A DNA stretch of 45,802 nt from an uncultured Pseudomonadota bacterium (GCA_913052275.1 CAJXDX010000002.1:1-45802), one strand, 5' to 3'; shown: positions 27,001-36,964, counted from the stretch's first letter. The notes: a model not told the origin generated them from the sequence alone. A program made the numbers and translations.

Positions 27001-27555
27001 ATGTCCGGACCTCCTGAAGTGCTCCACATTGCCACACATGGATTTTTCCTTAAAGAAGATGAGCGCCTCGCCAAAAGAATACAGGGGCTCAGCAGAGGTT
27101 CAAGCTCTCTTCCTCCTCCTGCAGACAATCCCTTATTACGTGCAGGCTTAGCCTTTGCCGGTTTAAATTCAAATGCGCCTTTACTTGGTGAAATAGACAC
27201 CGACAATGATGGTGTTTTGACTGCGATGGAAGTGCTAAGCATAAATTTAGAAGGCACTCAAATGGTAGTGCTCTCAGCATGTGAAACCGGACTTGGTGAA
27301 ATACATGAAGGTGAAGGCGTCTATGGACTAAGGCGTTCTTTCCAGGAGGCTGGTGTTAAGAATGTTATCAATTCATTCTGGGAAGTAAGTGATGCAGGAA
27401 CACAATTACTGATGACAAAGTTTTATGACAAGTTCCTTGCAGGAACAGATGCGCGCCAGGCTCTGCGTGAAGCACGTCTGGAAATGCTGGAAGAGGTTCA
27501 ATGGAGTTCTCCATATTACTGGTCAGCATTTGTAATGGTTGGCCGCAATACCTGA
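24055..27555 (+). CDS. Secreted TPR-repeat protein with C-terminal CHAT (caspase-like) protease domain
   Basis: I place the start at ATG 24055 (GAAGAGG 6 nt upstream), which gives MRKIIFPIKFLLLALIFFSQLTLPISNRAFS|Q as a signal peptide. More than 10 KLC-type 42-residue TPR units are visible (...NNLA.LY..QG.Y..AE.L...AL.I....G..HP.T...). The CHAT catalytic dyad context is HIATHGFF (His codon 27037-27039) and MVVLSACETGLG (Cys codon 27280-27282). Confidence 0.88.
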   Translation: MRKIIFPIKFLLLALIFFSQLTLPISNRAFSQTTPETAAEQWSLRQTEIEQFYQEGDLQGALNIAQEAVSLAETAFGPASLETISSMLLQAQIHSELDQLEEANQIYQTALETTVSAFGESDAATLSVLDSYGQFLNSIDPEMAEPILTEALRLSDDEDPQRAARMKALGQNFQEMGRISEAEEMLNEALKAFQTLVGEKDAETLSAMAVLAQLQMSQGKLKPAQELFETALPLMLEVLDEKSFLALESKENLGEIYRQQGSFSQAETLFQETITAAAAEYGDEEPLVIQAKSHLAQLYEDTGKLKQALALHQQVYETDLAMLGENHPNTAGDLNNLASVRRRLGDYQKAENLFRQSLDVMISVLGEDSPQSVSVMNNLALLLENQGLYDEAEPLFKKAHTISGKIQGERHPTTLALLNNLAFLYESQGDFERSELNYRKVIQLNTEVFGEAHSNTLSNQNNLAYLFLRAERFDEARPIFTKVHNLWKEQLGENHQNTLKALNNLGRVHKSLGNLDEAEKLLTAALDGRTKVFGKRHADTLRSMNDFGELLVIQDKKEDALKIFRETLKLEEEVLGENHPYTFETLNNLSQLLEDLGKTEEAYEMYKIGFNRRNTFFDRVLWVAGDNTRQSYIKLHKPEQDAYIRILLSLDDERTAQDLLEVILQRKGMLLKITSETQQVVMLSGSSELQEITEKLTNVRKKLASLTLAGPTDENRDQFGKMVYDLEEQVNNYQLELGKQSARFRQSTRKIQIDDVLAGLDESALVDFLTYRKKDDSLALLAVVANQEGLNVIQYDDLEMIQAIIMELREIIQDEGAEDEDVKSVAYDLWEILWSPLNEYIGETESIFISPDSVLNVLPFDALTDEDDSYLLENYDLKIISSARDLALDQLTASKGEMLIIAGPDFDSDKIIKSPEARKISHNRSRSVSQGARMGSGLRGLNFDPLPGAEKEGEVIKEVSDTKERSTVIFSQRIAEENILRKMSGPPEVLHIATHGFFLKEDERLAKRIQGLSRGSSSLPPPADNPLLRAGLAFAGLNSNAPLLGEIDTDNDGVLTAMEVLSINLEGTQMVVLSACETGLGEIHEGEGVYGLRRSFQEAGVKNVINSFWEVSDAGTQLLMTKFYDKFLAGTDARQALREARLEMLEEVQWSSPYYWSAFVMVGRNT

Positions 27556-27558
27556 AAC

Positions 27559-28407
27559 ATGCTGCAGTTAGTAATTCATGGAGGAGCAGGAAGTCTCGAG
27601 GGAAAAACTGCTGAAGCTCAGAACATCCACCAATCCCTTTGCAGAATCTGGGAAGAAACATTTGAGCTGCTAAAAAAAAAGACTGCCGAAGAAGCAGTAA
27701 TTCATGGTATACGTTTGCTGGAAGATGATCCTGTTTTCAATGCAGGAACAGGTTCAAAACTTCAGGCGGATGGCGAGGTCCGTATGAGTGCTGCCTTGAT
27801 GGATGGAGTTAAAAACAGGTTTTCCGGTGTAATTAATGTACAAAATATACGTTTTCCAATTGAAGCTGCAGCATTACTATCCAAAGAAAAAAATAAAGTT
27901 TTGAGTGCTGATCAGGCCACAGAGTTCTGCAGAAAACACGGCTTTGATGAACATGATCCGGTAACCCCTGCACGTTTGCAGGAATATGAACAAAAATGCA
28001 GTGGTATACATGGAACTGTTGGTATTGTTGCGCTTGACAATAAAGGCAGTATTATTGCCGGCACTTCAACAGGTGGAATCGGCCATGAAATTCCAGGTCG
28101 TGTCAGCGACAGTCCCACAGTAGCGGGAACATATGCCTCATCTAAAGCTGGAGTGTCCTGTACAGGGATTGGTGAACAAATAACTCAGCAGGCAGCAGCT
28201 GCAAAGATTGTTACGCGAGTTGAAGATGGAATGTCTCTGCATGAGGCAGTTTCAAAGACCCTGATGGAAAGCAACAATTTCAATTATTCTTTCGGACTGA
28301 TAAGCCTGGACGCTAATGGTCAGATTGAGGTTGGAAAAACGGCAGCATTGGGCGAAGTATATTATGCTTATCACAATGGAGAAGGCATCGAAACTTTCTA
28401 CAACTGA
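27559..28407 (+). CDS. Isoaspartyl peptidase / L-asparaginase (plant-type, Ntn hydrolase, Taspase-like)
   Basis: 282 aa. It has N-terminal LVIHGGAG and the autoprocessing/nucleophile context HGTVGIVALD, followed by GTSTGG. No signal peptide is visible. It starts 3 nt after the CHAT gene stop. Confidence 0.85.
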   Translation: MLQLVIHGGAGSLEGKTAEAQNIHQSLCRIWEETFELLKKKTAEEAVIHGIRLLEDDPVFNAGTGSKLQADGEVRMSAALMDGVKNRFSGVINVQNIRFPIEAAALLSKEKNKVLSADQATEFCRKHGFDEHDPVTPARLQEYEQKCSGIHGTVGIVALDNKGSIIAGTSTGGIGHEIPGRVSDSPTVAGTYASSKAGVSCTGIGEQITQQAAAAKIVTRVEDGMSLHEAVSKTLMESNNFNYSFGLISLDANGQIEVGKTAALGEVYYAYHNGEGIETFYN

Positions 28408-28416
28408 TCAGTGCAT

Positions 28417-28965
28417 TCAGTTCTGCTTGACTGCAGTGATATTTTCTCTCTCACTATCGAGCCAATTTCCTAAAAATAGCTGTTGAGAATCTGGCATTTT
28501 GTAACGTTGTTCCAGAATAAAATTTTCCAGGAATGGGCTAGTTTGCATCAGAAACTGATTCCTCCAGATTTCGCTCCTGCTCAATCGAGCATCATAACGC
28601 AATTCACCAATCCCAATTTGACGCTGAAAACTAAAGCGCTGCATGTCATAACCAGATGCAACGAAAGCTAATTCAATTGCTGATGCCTCCAGATCAAAGC
28701 TAATTCGATATTGCCCATTCTCTTCAGGAAAAATTAAACGAGCCTTTGGAGCATAAAGAGGAGACTCGTTTTCAAACTGAATGAATTGAGAATAATATTC
28801 AAGAACAACAATGAAACCTTTGGATTTCAAAACTTCCCCGCTATCCTCAAGCACAGTCCCTTCAATAAAACGTGTCCCCCATCCTGGTTTATAATTTAAC
28901 GGCTCCGGATAGCACCCTCCAAAAACAAGTGTTATCAACAGAAAAAACTGGTGAAAAGACCGCAT
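28417..28965 (-). CDS. Hypothetical lipoprotein
   Basis: 182 aa. The signal peptide has a lipobox-like LVFGG|C. I recognise no other motif. It converges on the Ntn-hydrolase gene with a 9-nt gap. Confidence 0.55.
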   Translation of the reverse strand: MRSFHQFFLLITLVFGGCYPEPLNYKPGWGTRFIEGTVLEDSGEVLKSKGFIVVLEYYSQFIQFENESPLYAPKARLIFPEENGQYRISFDLEASAIELAFVASGYDMQRFSFQRQIGIGELRYDARLSRSEIWRNQFLMQTSPFLENFILEQRYKMPDSQQLFLGNWLDSERENITAVKQN

Positions 28966-29067
28966 ATAAAAAATACAAAATTATGAGCAATCCCTGAAGA
29001 TCAGCAAAACCTTCAGATTTGAAAATTTGATTCCAGCTTAGGCTATGTTTCCCAATCTTTGTATATC

Positions 29068-29096
29068 TTGACCAGCCACGCTGGTTTTGCTAGACT
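29068..29096 (+). promoter_or_regulatory. Candidate sigma70-type promoter upstream of secA
   Basis: TTGACC (29068-29073), a 17-nt spacer, then TAGACT (29091-29096), about 140 nt upstream of the secA ATG. This is a sequence match only. Confidence 0.3.
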
Positions 29097-29234
29097 TGAA
29101 CTACTGGATTTTAGCGTGAACTAAGGCTGAAATCCAGATAAGAAATTAATGAATACACCGAGCCTCGTCAGGACTGTAAAGTCTTTCCTCAAACCTACTA
29201 TCCTCACACTGCCTAAATCAGGCTAAATGAAAAT

Positions 29235-31952
29235 ATGTGGAAACAAGTTATAAAATTTTTTGGCGACGAAAACACAAAAACGCTTAAGAGTTTCCAAAAA
29301 CAGGTAGACAAAATTAATGAGCTTGAACCAGCAATGCAGGCTTTGAAGAATGAGGACTTCCCTGTTAAAACGGAGGAATTTAAGAAGCGCATCCAGGACG
29401 GTGAATCCATGGACGAACTGATCCCTGAAACATTTGCTCTTGTAAGGGAAGCATCTAAACGGGTTATTGGAGAACGTCATTTTGACGTGCAGCTGCTGGG
29501 AGGACTTGCATTGCATTATGGTAATATCGCTGAAATGGCAACAGGTGAAGGAAAAACTCTATCCTCAACTTGTCCTGTTTTTCTCAACGCTTTATCAGGA
29601 AATGGCGTGCATATAATCACACCTAATGATTATCTGGCTAAGCGCGACAGTAAATGGATGGGGCAGATTTTTGAATTTCTTGGTTTAAGTGTCGGTTTGA
29701 TTCAGCACGGATTCCATGATGAGGAACGCCGCAGTGCTTACGCAGCAGATATTACATACGGTACAAACAACGAATTCGGCTTCGACTACCTGCGAGATAA
29801 CATGAAATTTTCACTCGAGGACTATGTCCAGCGCGAATTTAATTTTGCAGTAGTGGATGAGGTAGACAGCATTCTTATTGATGAGGCTCGTACGCCTTTG
29901 ATCATCAGCGGTCCTACTGAAGATAACGTGGAGAAATATCACCAGATCAATAAATTTGTATACGGTCTCAGTCGGGAAATACGCAAGGAAGAAGTGGGAA
30001 AACTTCCACAGAATCAAATGCACAACATTGCCGAGAATCTGGAAGAACTGGAAGATCATGACATTGTTCGTGAAGGTGACTACGCGCTTGATGAGAGGGC
30101 ACGAAGCATTAACCTGACAGACAAGGGCTCAGTAAAAATAGAAGGTCGTCTACAAGACCTGCTGGTTAAAGACACCAGTCTGTTTGACTATGAAAACATG
30201 GAAATTCTGCATCATGTGAATCAGGCACTGAAAGCTCATTATATGTTTAACAATGATGTTGATTATGTTGTTCAGGATGGCCAGGTTATCATTGTTGATG
30301 AGTTTACAGGACGTCTGATGCCGGGCAGACGCTTCAGTGACGGTCTGCATCAAGCTTTGGAAGCAAAAGAGGGAGTCACTATCGAGCGAGAAAATCAGAC
30401 CCTTGCCACAATAACTTTTCAAAATTACTTCCGTCTCTATAAAAAGTTATCTGGTATGACAGGTACTGCGGAAACAGAAAAAAATGAATTTAAGAAAATA
30501 TACAATCTTGGTGTTGTTGTAGCCCCCACAAATAAACCTCTTGCTCGTGAGGATCTGTCGGACGTTGTATTTAAAACTGTTGGTGCAAAGTATCGCGCTA
30601 CCATACAGCGTATATCTGAACTTCATGAAAAGGGACAGCCTGTCTTAGTTGGTACGGTTTCCATTGAAGTATCTGAAGCTATCAGTAAATTGCTGAATAA
30701 AGAAGGAATTAATCATGAGGTCCTTAATGCAAAACACCATGAACGCGAAGCTGAGATTATTGCGAATGCAGGTCAGTTTGGCGCTGTAACCATTGCCACA
30801 AACATGGCAGGACGCGGAACTGACATCAAGCCATCCCCGGAAACACTGGAAGTTGGAGGATTGTTTGTTCTTGCAACAGGGCGGCACGACAGCCGCAGAA
30901 TAGACAATCAATTCCGTGGACGTTCCGGAAGACAAGGGGACCCTGGTGCCTCACAGTTTTTACTTTCTCTTGAAGACGATCTGCTCCGGATTTTTGGTGG
31001 TGAACGTATCTCGAACCTGATGGACAAGCTTAATATTGAAGAAGACGAACCCATTGAACATGTGTTTATTACTAAGGCCATTGGGAATGCACAGAAGAAG
31101 GTTGAAGGATATCACTTTGATATTCGGAAGCATGTCCTTGAATATGATGACGTTATGGAAAAGCAGCGTTCCATCATTTATGGCCGGCGCAGGGATATTC
31201 TTGGAGATGATGTACAGAACCTGATTCTTGAAATGAGTGATGGTGTTGTGGATCAGCTAATGGATCAATTCTGCCAGGATAAATATGCCGATCAATGGGA
31301 TGTTCAGGGATTTAACCGGTCTTTTGAAAGTACCTTTGGCAGAATACCAAATGAAAAATGGTATGAAGAAGAACTTAAACCAGATGAGTATGCAGAAGTA
31401 TTTTATGGTTGGGTAGAAACTCTTTACAAAGAAAAAATTGAGTTTTTCAGTAAAGTTGCAGAACTGAATTTTGAAGCTGATGTTTATGAAAAAGAACGCA
31501 AGGAACTGTTAGGCAAAATGATTCTTGACCTGGAAAGGCAGGTATTGCTGAAAGTAAATGATAATTTTTGGAAAGACCACCTGCTTTCAATGGACCATCT
31601 GCGGGAGGGAATAGGATTGGTTGGTTATGCTCAGAAAAAGCCACTGGACGAATACCGAAGACAGGCATTTGATATGTTTTCTGATTTAATGAACAGAATA
31701 GATTTTGAGGCCATCAGTACTTTCTATAAACTGACAATCGCCCACCCCATTGCAGAGCCTGAACCAACTCCGCTGACACAGGATATGGAATTCATTCATG
31801 GAGAAGTCGAGGAACCAGCCGAAGCCAGAGTTCAAAAGAAAAAACCACAACCTATACGCGCTCAACCTTCTATTGGAAGAAACGCCCCCTGTCCATGCGG
31901 CAGCGGTAAGAAATATAAAAAATGTTGTGGCCTTGCCAAAAAAATTGCCTGA
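29235..31952 (+). CDS. secA: Preprotein translocase ATPase SecA
   Basis: 905 aa. It has the DEAD-like motor motifs ([39 protein letters not shown]) and the C-terminal zinc-binding tail [14 protein letters not shown]. Confidence 0.97.
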   Translation: MWKQVIKFFGDENTKTLKSFQKQVDKINELEPAMQALKNEDFPVKTEEFKKRIQDGESMDELIPETFALVREASKRVIGERHFDVQLLGGLALHYGNIAEMATGEGKTLSSTCPVFLNALSGNGVHIITPNDYLAKRDSKWMGQIFEFLGLSVGLIQHGFHDEERRSAYAADITYGTNNEFGFDYLRDNMKFSLEDYVQREFNFAVVDEVDSILIDEARTPLIISGPTEDNVEKYHQINKFVYGLSREIRKEEVGKLPQNQMHNIAENLEELEDHDIVREGDYALDERARSINLTDKGSVKIEGRLQDLLVKDTSLFDYENMEILHHVNQALKAHYMFNNDVDYVVQDGQVIIVDEFTGRLMPGRRFSDGLHQALEAKEGVTIERENQTLATITFQNYFRLYKKLSGMTGTAETEKNEFKKIYNLGVVVAPTNKPLAREDLSDVVFKTVGAKYRATIQRISELHEKGQPVLVGTVSIEVSEAISKLLNKEGINHEVLNAKHHEREAEIIANAGQFGAVTIATNMAGRGTDIKPSPETLEVGGLFVLATGRHDSRRIDNQFRGRSGRQGDPGASQFLLSLEDDLLRIFGGERISNLMDKLNIEEDEPIEHVFITKAIGNAQKKVEGYHFDIRKHVLEYDDVMEKQRSIIYGRRRDILGDDVQNLILEMSDGVVDQLMDQFCQDKYADQWDVQGFNRSFESTFGRIPNEKWYEEELKPDEYAEVFYGWVETLYKEKIEFFSKVAELNFEADVYEKERKELLGKMILDLERQVLLKVNDNFWKDHLLSMDHLREGIGLVGYAQKKPLDEYRRQAFDMFSDLMNRIDFEAISTFYKLTIAHPIAEPEPTPLTQDMEFIHGEVEEPAEARVQKKKPQPIRAQPSIGRNAPCPCGSGKKYKKCCGLAKKIA

Positions 31953-32184
31953 TCAATTTTTCCAGTCTGGAAAATATCTGACGTTTTTTCCGCCAATTCA
32001 ATCTTAGTTTTGAAACTAAGCGAGTAATTTAATCAAGACTTCCTTGTATCATGCCAGCCGTAAAATATATATCGGTTTTCAAATTATTGGATTTCCAATT
32101 TTCAACATGTTACATTGACGCATTTTTTCCTTATTTGCAGATTTTCAACATTCATACACATTTTCATAATTTAGCCAATGTAAA

Positions 32185-34860
32185 ATGACCTCATTAGCCA
32201 AAACCTACGAACCTAAAGGGTTTGAAAAAATAATCACTGAACTTTGGGAGTCTGCAGGTGCCTTCCGTGCTGACGCGTTTTCAGACAAACCTGCTTTCAC
32301 CATTTCCATGCCTCCACCGAATGCCACAGGTCAATTGCATGTAGGTCATGCAGTCATGCTGGTACTGGAAGATATCTTTATTCGCTGGCACAGAATGATG
32401 GGTCACGAAGCTCTTTGGCTTCCCGGAACAGATCATGCGGCAATTGCTACTGAGAATGTCGTTTTGCAACAGATAAAAGAACAGGAAGGAATTGCAGACC
32501 CCCGAACAGAACTGGGCAGAGATGAAATTTTGAAGCGAATTGCAGATTATGTTAAAAATTCTCAGGGAACTATACGCAGCCAGGTTAAGGCAATGGGTTC
32601 AAGCTGTGATTGGAGCCGCGAACGCTACACAATGGACCATCAACTGAACCGATGCGTCAATGAAACATTTATGAGGATGTACAATAATGGTTTAATTTAT
32701 CGAGGGCCGCGTATTGTAAATTGGGATCCTCATCTAAAAACAAATGTTTCGGATGATGAAGTTGAAAGAAGAAGCACTAAGTCTCCTTTTTACACATTTC
32801 AGTATGGCCCCTTCCAGATAGGTACAGTTCGACCGGAAACAAAATTTGGAGATAAATATGTTGTCATGCATCCAGATGACAAGCGTTACAGCCAGTATAA
32901 ACACGGTGATACATTTGAATGTGAATGGATAAATGGGATGGTCACAGCAACTATTGTAAAAGATAATGTGGTTGATCCTGAATTTGGTACAGGTGTGATG
33001 ACGATCACACCTTGGCATGATCATGTGGATTTCGGTATCGCGGAAAGGAACGGTTTAGACAAAGAACCGATTATCGATTTTGAAGGAAAACTGCTTCCAA
33101 TAGCAAACGAATTTGCCGGAATGGGGATTGAAGAAGCACGTCCAAAAATTGTGGAAAAGCTCCGGAAGAAAGGACTGCTGGTAGATACTGATTCCGAATA
33201 CACCCACAGTAAATCCTTTAACAGCCGGGGAGGCGGTGCTATTGAGCCCCAGATTAGGGAACAGTGGTTTATAGACGTTAACAAGCTCGCTGTTCAGTGG
33301 AAAGGGAAAAAGCATAGTCTGAAAGAAGTCCTGATTGATGTGGTGCGTTCCGGAGATATACGGCTTGTTCCGGAACGTTTTAATTCAACATATTTTCATT
33401 GGGTTGAAAATTTACAGGACTGGTGCATTTCTCGCCAAATATGGTGGGGTCACCGCATACCGGTTTATTACCGTGAGAATGAAACAAGAGTAAGTCTGCA
33501 AAAACCTGAACCATTCAAAGGGTGGGAACAGGATCCTGACACACTGGACACCTGGTTTTCATCGGCGCTCTGGACATGGAGTACGTTAATTGATCCGGAA
33601 CTGGCAAAAAACTATTCCCTTTCGCTTGAAGATGTTTTGGAACGCAGTCCTGATTTTCAGAAGTTTCATCCAACCAACATCATGGAAACCGGTTACGATA
33701 TACTGTTTTTCTGGGTAGCGAGGATGATTTTGATGACTACATATATGCTTCAGGAAGTGCCATTTAAAACAGTTTACCTGCATGGACTTATTCGAACTCG
33801 TGACGGGAAAAAGATGTCCAAATCCGATCCAAAATCCGTGATTGATCCTTTGGACAGTATTGAAAAATATGGGGCAGATGCATTGCGCATTGCTCTCGTC
33901 TCTGGAACAGGCCCAGGGCAGGATTTACGCCTGTATCCTGAAAAAATGGAAAGCAGCAGACGCTTTGCCAATAAAATCTGGAATGCTGGAAGATATATTT
34001 TGATGACTATCCCGGATGGAACTCCGATAACAGCTCCTCAATCAGTAAATTCAGAACTGGCAAAATGGTTGCTGCATGGATTGAATGATTTAATTAAAGA
34101 CACTCAATCCAGGCTTGAATCCCATCGTTTGTCAGATGTTGCTGATAACCTTAAAAGTTTCTTCTGGGGAGATTTTTGCGACTGGTACCTTGAAATGGAT
34201 AAAAATCCAAATCGAACCAACGAAGATAATCAGGTAATTGCCTTTGCATTTACAACTTTGATCAAGATGCTGCATCTTTATGTCCCATTCGTTACTGAAG
34301 CGTTGTGGAGAGAATTTCAGCAGCCAAAAATGCTGGCTTTCAGTGAATGGCCTCAACCACTCCCTTATCAGTTCAAAGCATCACATCAGCGTATTGAAAT
34401 AGTTAAAGAAAGTATTTCGCAAATTCGAGCCTTGCGTGAAAAAGCAAACATAGGTCTGGAAATAAAGATACCTGCCACATTGTATTCAACAGCCAATGCC
34501 TCGATTTTTCAGGAACATCAGAATTTGATAATCAGGCTCGCACGTTTAAAAGAATTGAATATCAGCGAAAAAGAGCCTGATGCTGCAAACGAATTATTCG
34601 GTGCATATTTTCATGAGACATTCGCCAGTATCGATGCAACTTTTGTGGACTGGAAAAAGGAAATCCAGACTTTACAGAAAAAATTCAAATCAGAATCCGG
34701 TTTTGTGGAAAAAAGCAGGAATAAGCTTGATAATCCCGGATTCCTATCAAATGCCCCTGAAAAAGTTGTTACAGAATTGAGGAAAAAAGTCATTGATACC
34801 GAAAAAACACTTAAGGCACTTAAGCAGCAAATTCGTGATTTGGAGAAACTTGCCAGCTGA
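32185..34860 (+). CDS. valS: Valine-tRNA ligase
   Basis: 891 aa. It has the class I HIGH motif PPPNATGQLHVGHA and KMSKS, the ValRS-typical editing-domain blocks (TPWHDHVDF), and a C-terminal coiled coil. Confidence 0.96.
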   Translation: MTSLAKTYEPKGFEKIITELWESAGAFRADAFSDKPAFTISMPPPNATGQLHVGHAVMLVLEDIFIRWHRMMGHEALWLPGTDHAAIATENVVLQQIKEQEGIADPRTELGRDEILKRIADYVKNSQGTIRSQVKAMGSSCDWSRERYTMDHQLNRCVNETFMRMYNNGLIYRGPRIVNWDPHLKTNVSDDEVERRSTKSPFYTFQYGPFQIGTVRPETKFGDKYVVMHPDDKRYSQYKHGDTFECEWINGMVTATIVKDNVVDPEFGTGVMTITPWHDHVDFGIAERNGLDKEPIIDFEGKLLPIANEFAGMGIEEARPKIVEKLRKKGLLVDTDSEYTHSKSFNSRGGGAIEPQIREQWFIDVNKLAVQWKGKKHSLKEVLIDVVRSGDIRLVPERFNSTYFHWVENLQDWCISRQIWWGHRIPVYYRENETRVSLQKPEPFKGWEQDPDTLDTWFSSALWTWSTLIDPELAKNYSLSLEDVLERSPDFQKFHPTNIMETGYDILFFWVARMILMTTYMLQEVPFKTVYLHGLIRTRDGKKMSKSDPKSVIDPLDSIEKYGADALRIALVSGTGPGQDLRLYPEKMESSRRFANKIWNAGRYILMTIPDGTPITAPQSVNSELAKWLLHGLNDLIKDTQSRLESHRLSDVADNLKSFFWGDFCDWYLEMDKNPNRTNEDNQVIAFAFTTLIKMLHLYVPFVTEALWREFQQPKMLAFSEWPQPLPYQFKASHQRIEIVKESISQIRALREKANIGLEIKIPATLYSTANASIFQEHQNLIIRLARLKELNISEKEPDAANELFGAYFHETFASIDATFVDWKKEIQTLQKKFKSESGFVEKSRNKLDNPGFLSNAPEKVVTELRKKVIDTEKTLKALKQQIRDLEKLAS

Positions 34861-34887
34861 ATCTATTAGTTATGAATCAGGGAAAAA

Positions 34888-35808
34888 ATGCTTAAAACTG
34901 CAGTTATTGGAGTTGGTTATCTAGGGCGCTTTCACGCACAGAAACTTGCATCACTTCCTGAATCAGAATTAATCGGTGTGGTTGATATTAATCCAGAACA
35001 GGGACAAAAAGTTTCTGATGAACTGGATGTCCCATTTTATTTGAACTTTGAAGAAGTCCTAAATAAAGTTGATGCTGTGAGTATAGCAGTCCCTACTGTT
35101 CATCACTATAAATCTGCTAAAGCATTCCTGGCAAACGGCGTTCATGTATTACTGGAGAAGCCGTTTGCTGAAACAATTGAAGAAGCAGAAGAACTTGCAC
35201 AGCTGTCAAGTGATAACAATGTACGTCTGCAGATTGGCCACCTGGAAAGATTTAATCCGGTTTTTGCTGAATTTCAGAAATTAATTGATCAGCCAAAATT
35301 CATTGAAAACATACGTATAGCGCCTTTTCCTAAACGTGGAACTGATGTTGATGTCATTCTGGATTTGATGATTCATGATATTGATTTAGTTTTGGCAGCA
35401 GTAGGTGAATTTCCCGAAACTGTTGAAGGAATAGGTGTAAAATTCGTCACATCAAGTTCGGATCTTGCCAAAGCCCGACTGCGTTTTCCCTGCGGATGCA
35501 TTGCAGATTTAACCGCAAGCAGAATTTCTGATAAAGCAGAACGGAAAATGCGAATTTTTCAGTCAGGACTTTATCTTTCACTCGATTATGCAAGCGGACA
35601 AGCACGTAAGCTGAAGGTAGATTCATCAGAAATACCTGATCCTGAAAAACTTCATCCTGAGGTAGTTCAACTTGAAAAAGGGGACGCATTAATGGCTGAA
35701 ATAGAGAGTTTTCTGTCAGCAATCCAGAAAAAAACCCCACCATTGGTCAGCGCAGAGGATGGGCTTAATGCCATGAAAGTTGCCTGGCAAATTAAAGACC
35801 AGCTATAG
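34888..35808 (+). CDS. Gfo/Idh/MocA family NAD(P)-dependent oxidoreductase
   Basis: 306 aa. The N-terminal Rossmann fold is KTAVIGVGYLGRFHA, and EKP is present. Its position next to envelope genes (lptF/G, lolA) is compatible with a sugar-nucleotide dehydrogenase, but the substrate is unknown. Confidence 0.8.
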   Translation: MLKTAVIGVGYLGRFHAQKLASLPESELIGVVDINPEQGQKVSDELDVPFYLNFEEVLNKVDAVSIAVPTVHHYKSAKAFLANGVHVLLEKPFAETIEEAEELAQLSSDNNVRLQIGHLERFNPVFAEFQKLIDQPKFIENIRIAPFPKRGTDVDVILDLMIHDIDLVLAAVGEFPETVEGIGVKFVTSSSDLAKARLRFPCGCIADLTASRISDKAERKMRIFQSGLYLSLDYASGQARKLKVDSSEIPDPEKLHPEVVQLEKGDALMAEIESFLSAIQKKTPPLVSAEDGLNAMKVAWQIKDQL

Positions 35809-35817
35809 AAAAATTAA

Positions 35818-36918
35818 ATGTTGCTTTTTCGTTCTATATTTTTGCAACTGATTCTTCCATTTTTGATGGCATTGGGAATTTTAACTTTTATACTCTCAAT
35901 GGAAACAGTGTACCGCCTGATACACTTGATTGTGGAGAGGGGGGTCAGCGTTTTTAGTGTAGGCATGATGCTTCTTTACCGCCTGCCTCAGTTTTTGTCA
36001 GTTACACTTCCTCTGGCAATTGTAATAGCCTGTGTAGTGTTGATGGTGCGTTTATCTACAGAGTATGAAATATCAGCCATGAACGCTATTGGCATCAGCA
36101 TATGGAAAATAGGACGGCCATTTTTTCTATTTGGATTGATAATAACCGCAATTGCTTTATCCATAACCCTCTGGCTGCAGCCTGCTGGATATGCGGCTTT
36201 TGAAGAGGAAAAACTTATGATACTAAAAACACAAACCGCAAAAACTATTCAACCATTAGTTCTCAATTACGATTTCCCGGGCAAGGTTTTACATGTACAG
36301 GAGAAAGATGAAAATGAAGAACTAAGCGGAGTCTTCATTACAGACAAGGATTTTAGATCCGATTCAATGGTGACACTTGCAGACCGCGGGCGTATAAAAG
36401 TCCGCAGCGGTGAAAGGGATTTGATTTTACATCTTGAAGACGGACTTATACACTCCCAGGGCTCTGCAGATAATTACAGAACAATAGCATTTCAGCAATT
36501 CCATTATATCTTTCGTCCGCCACAAATTGTCCCCGCCAATGAAGGGGGGCATATATGGGGGATTTCCACAAATTCGCTTTTACAGAACCCCAGCCATTCT
36601 TCTCAAATGGAGCTTTTTTTAAGGCTCACTACTCCCTGGGCATGCCTGGCATTTTCTGTGGCAACAATTCCCCTGGGTTTAATCAACCCAAGACGCGGCC
36701 GATCTGGAGCATATTTGAGAGGGTTGATTCTGGTTGTCATTTACTACATCTTGTGGCTGGGAGCAAAAGAAATGACCATGTATATGAATTTTCGACCTCA
36801 TGTGCTGTGGATACCTCCCCTGCTGATTGGTCTATTTGGAGTTTATAGCTTATATAAAAGTGACTTGAACCTGCAAATATCATCGGCCTTCTCAACCCTT
36901 CAGAAAAAACCAGGTTAA
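35818..36918 (+). CDS. LPS export ABC transporter permease, LptF/LptG (YjgP/YjgQ) family
   Basis: 366 aa. Three N-terminal TM helices, a roughly 130-aa periplasmic beta-jellyroll region and three C-terminal TM helices are typical of this family. Confidence 0.85.
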   Translation: MLLFRSIFLQLILPFLMALGILTFILSMETVYRLIHLIVERGVSVFSVGMMLLYRLPQFLSVTLPLAIVIACVVLMVRLSTEYEISAMNAIGISIWKIGRPFFLFGLIITAIALSITLWLQPAGYAAFEEEKLMILKTQTAKTIQPLVLNYDFPGKVLHVQEKDENEELSGVFITDKDFRSDSMVTLADRGRIKVRSGERDLILHLEDGLIHSQGSADNYRTIAFQQFHYIFRPPQIVPANEGGHIWGISTNSLLQNPSHSSQMELFLRLTTPWACLAFSVATIPLGLINPRRGRSGAYLRGLILVVIYYILWLGAKEMTMYMNFRPHVLWIPPLLIGLFGVYSLYKSDLNLQISSAFSTLQKKPG

Positions 36919-36964
36919 GAACAAAATAAAATTGCCCGTAATCTTACAATTTGAACCAGATAAG

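Noticed and set aside
26721-27257. 178-aa antisense ORF inside the CHAT-domain coding region, the longest antisense ORF in the window
   Set aside because: It lies entirely within a strongly supported CDS carrying the catalytic-dyad motifs. It has no RBS or recognisable motif. Its Ser/Pro/Arg-rich composition is as expected from the reverse complement of a coding frame.
28994-29016. Hairpin CTGAAG-N11-CTTCAG upstream of secA, and the ACCAGC-CAC-GCTGGT hairpin at 29071-29085
   Set aside because: Both are short 6-bp stems. The second coincides with the spacer of the candidate secA promoter. Neither resembles a known riboswitch or small-RNA element that I can identify.
31953-32184. Possible T-box or other leader RNA upstream of valS, and a hairpin CTTAGTTT-TG-AAACTAAG at 32003-32020
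   Set aside because: I could find no T-box conserved sequence and no specifier or antiterminator architecture. The hairpin is AT-rich with a 2-nt centre and no U-tract. At most it could be a weak secA terminator, so I did not call it.
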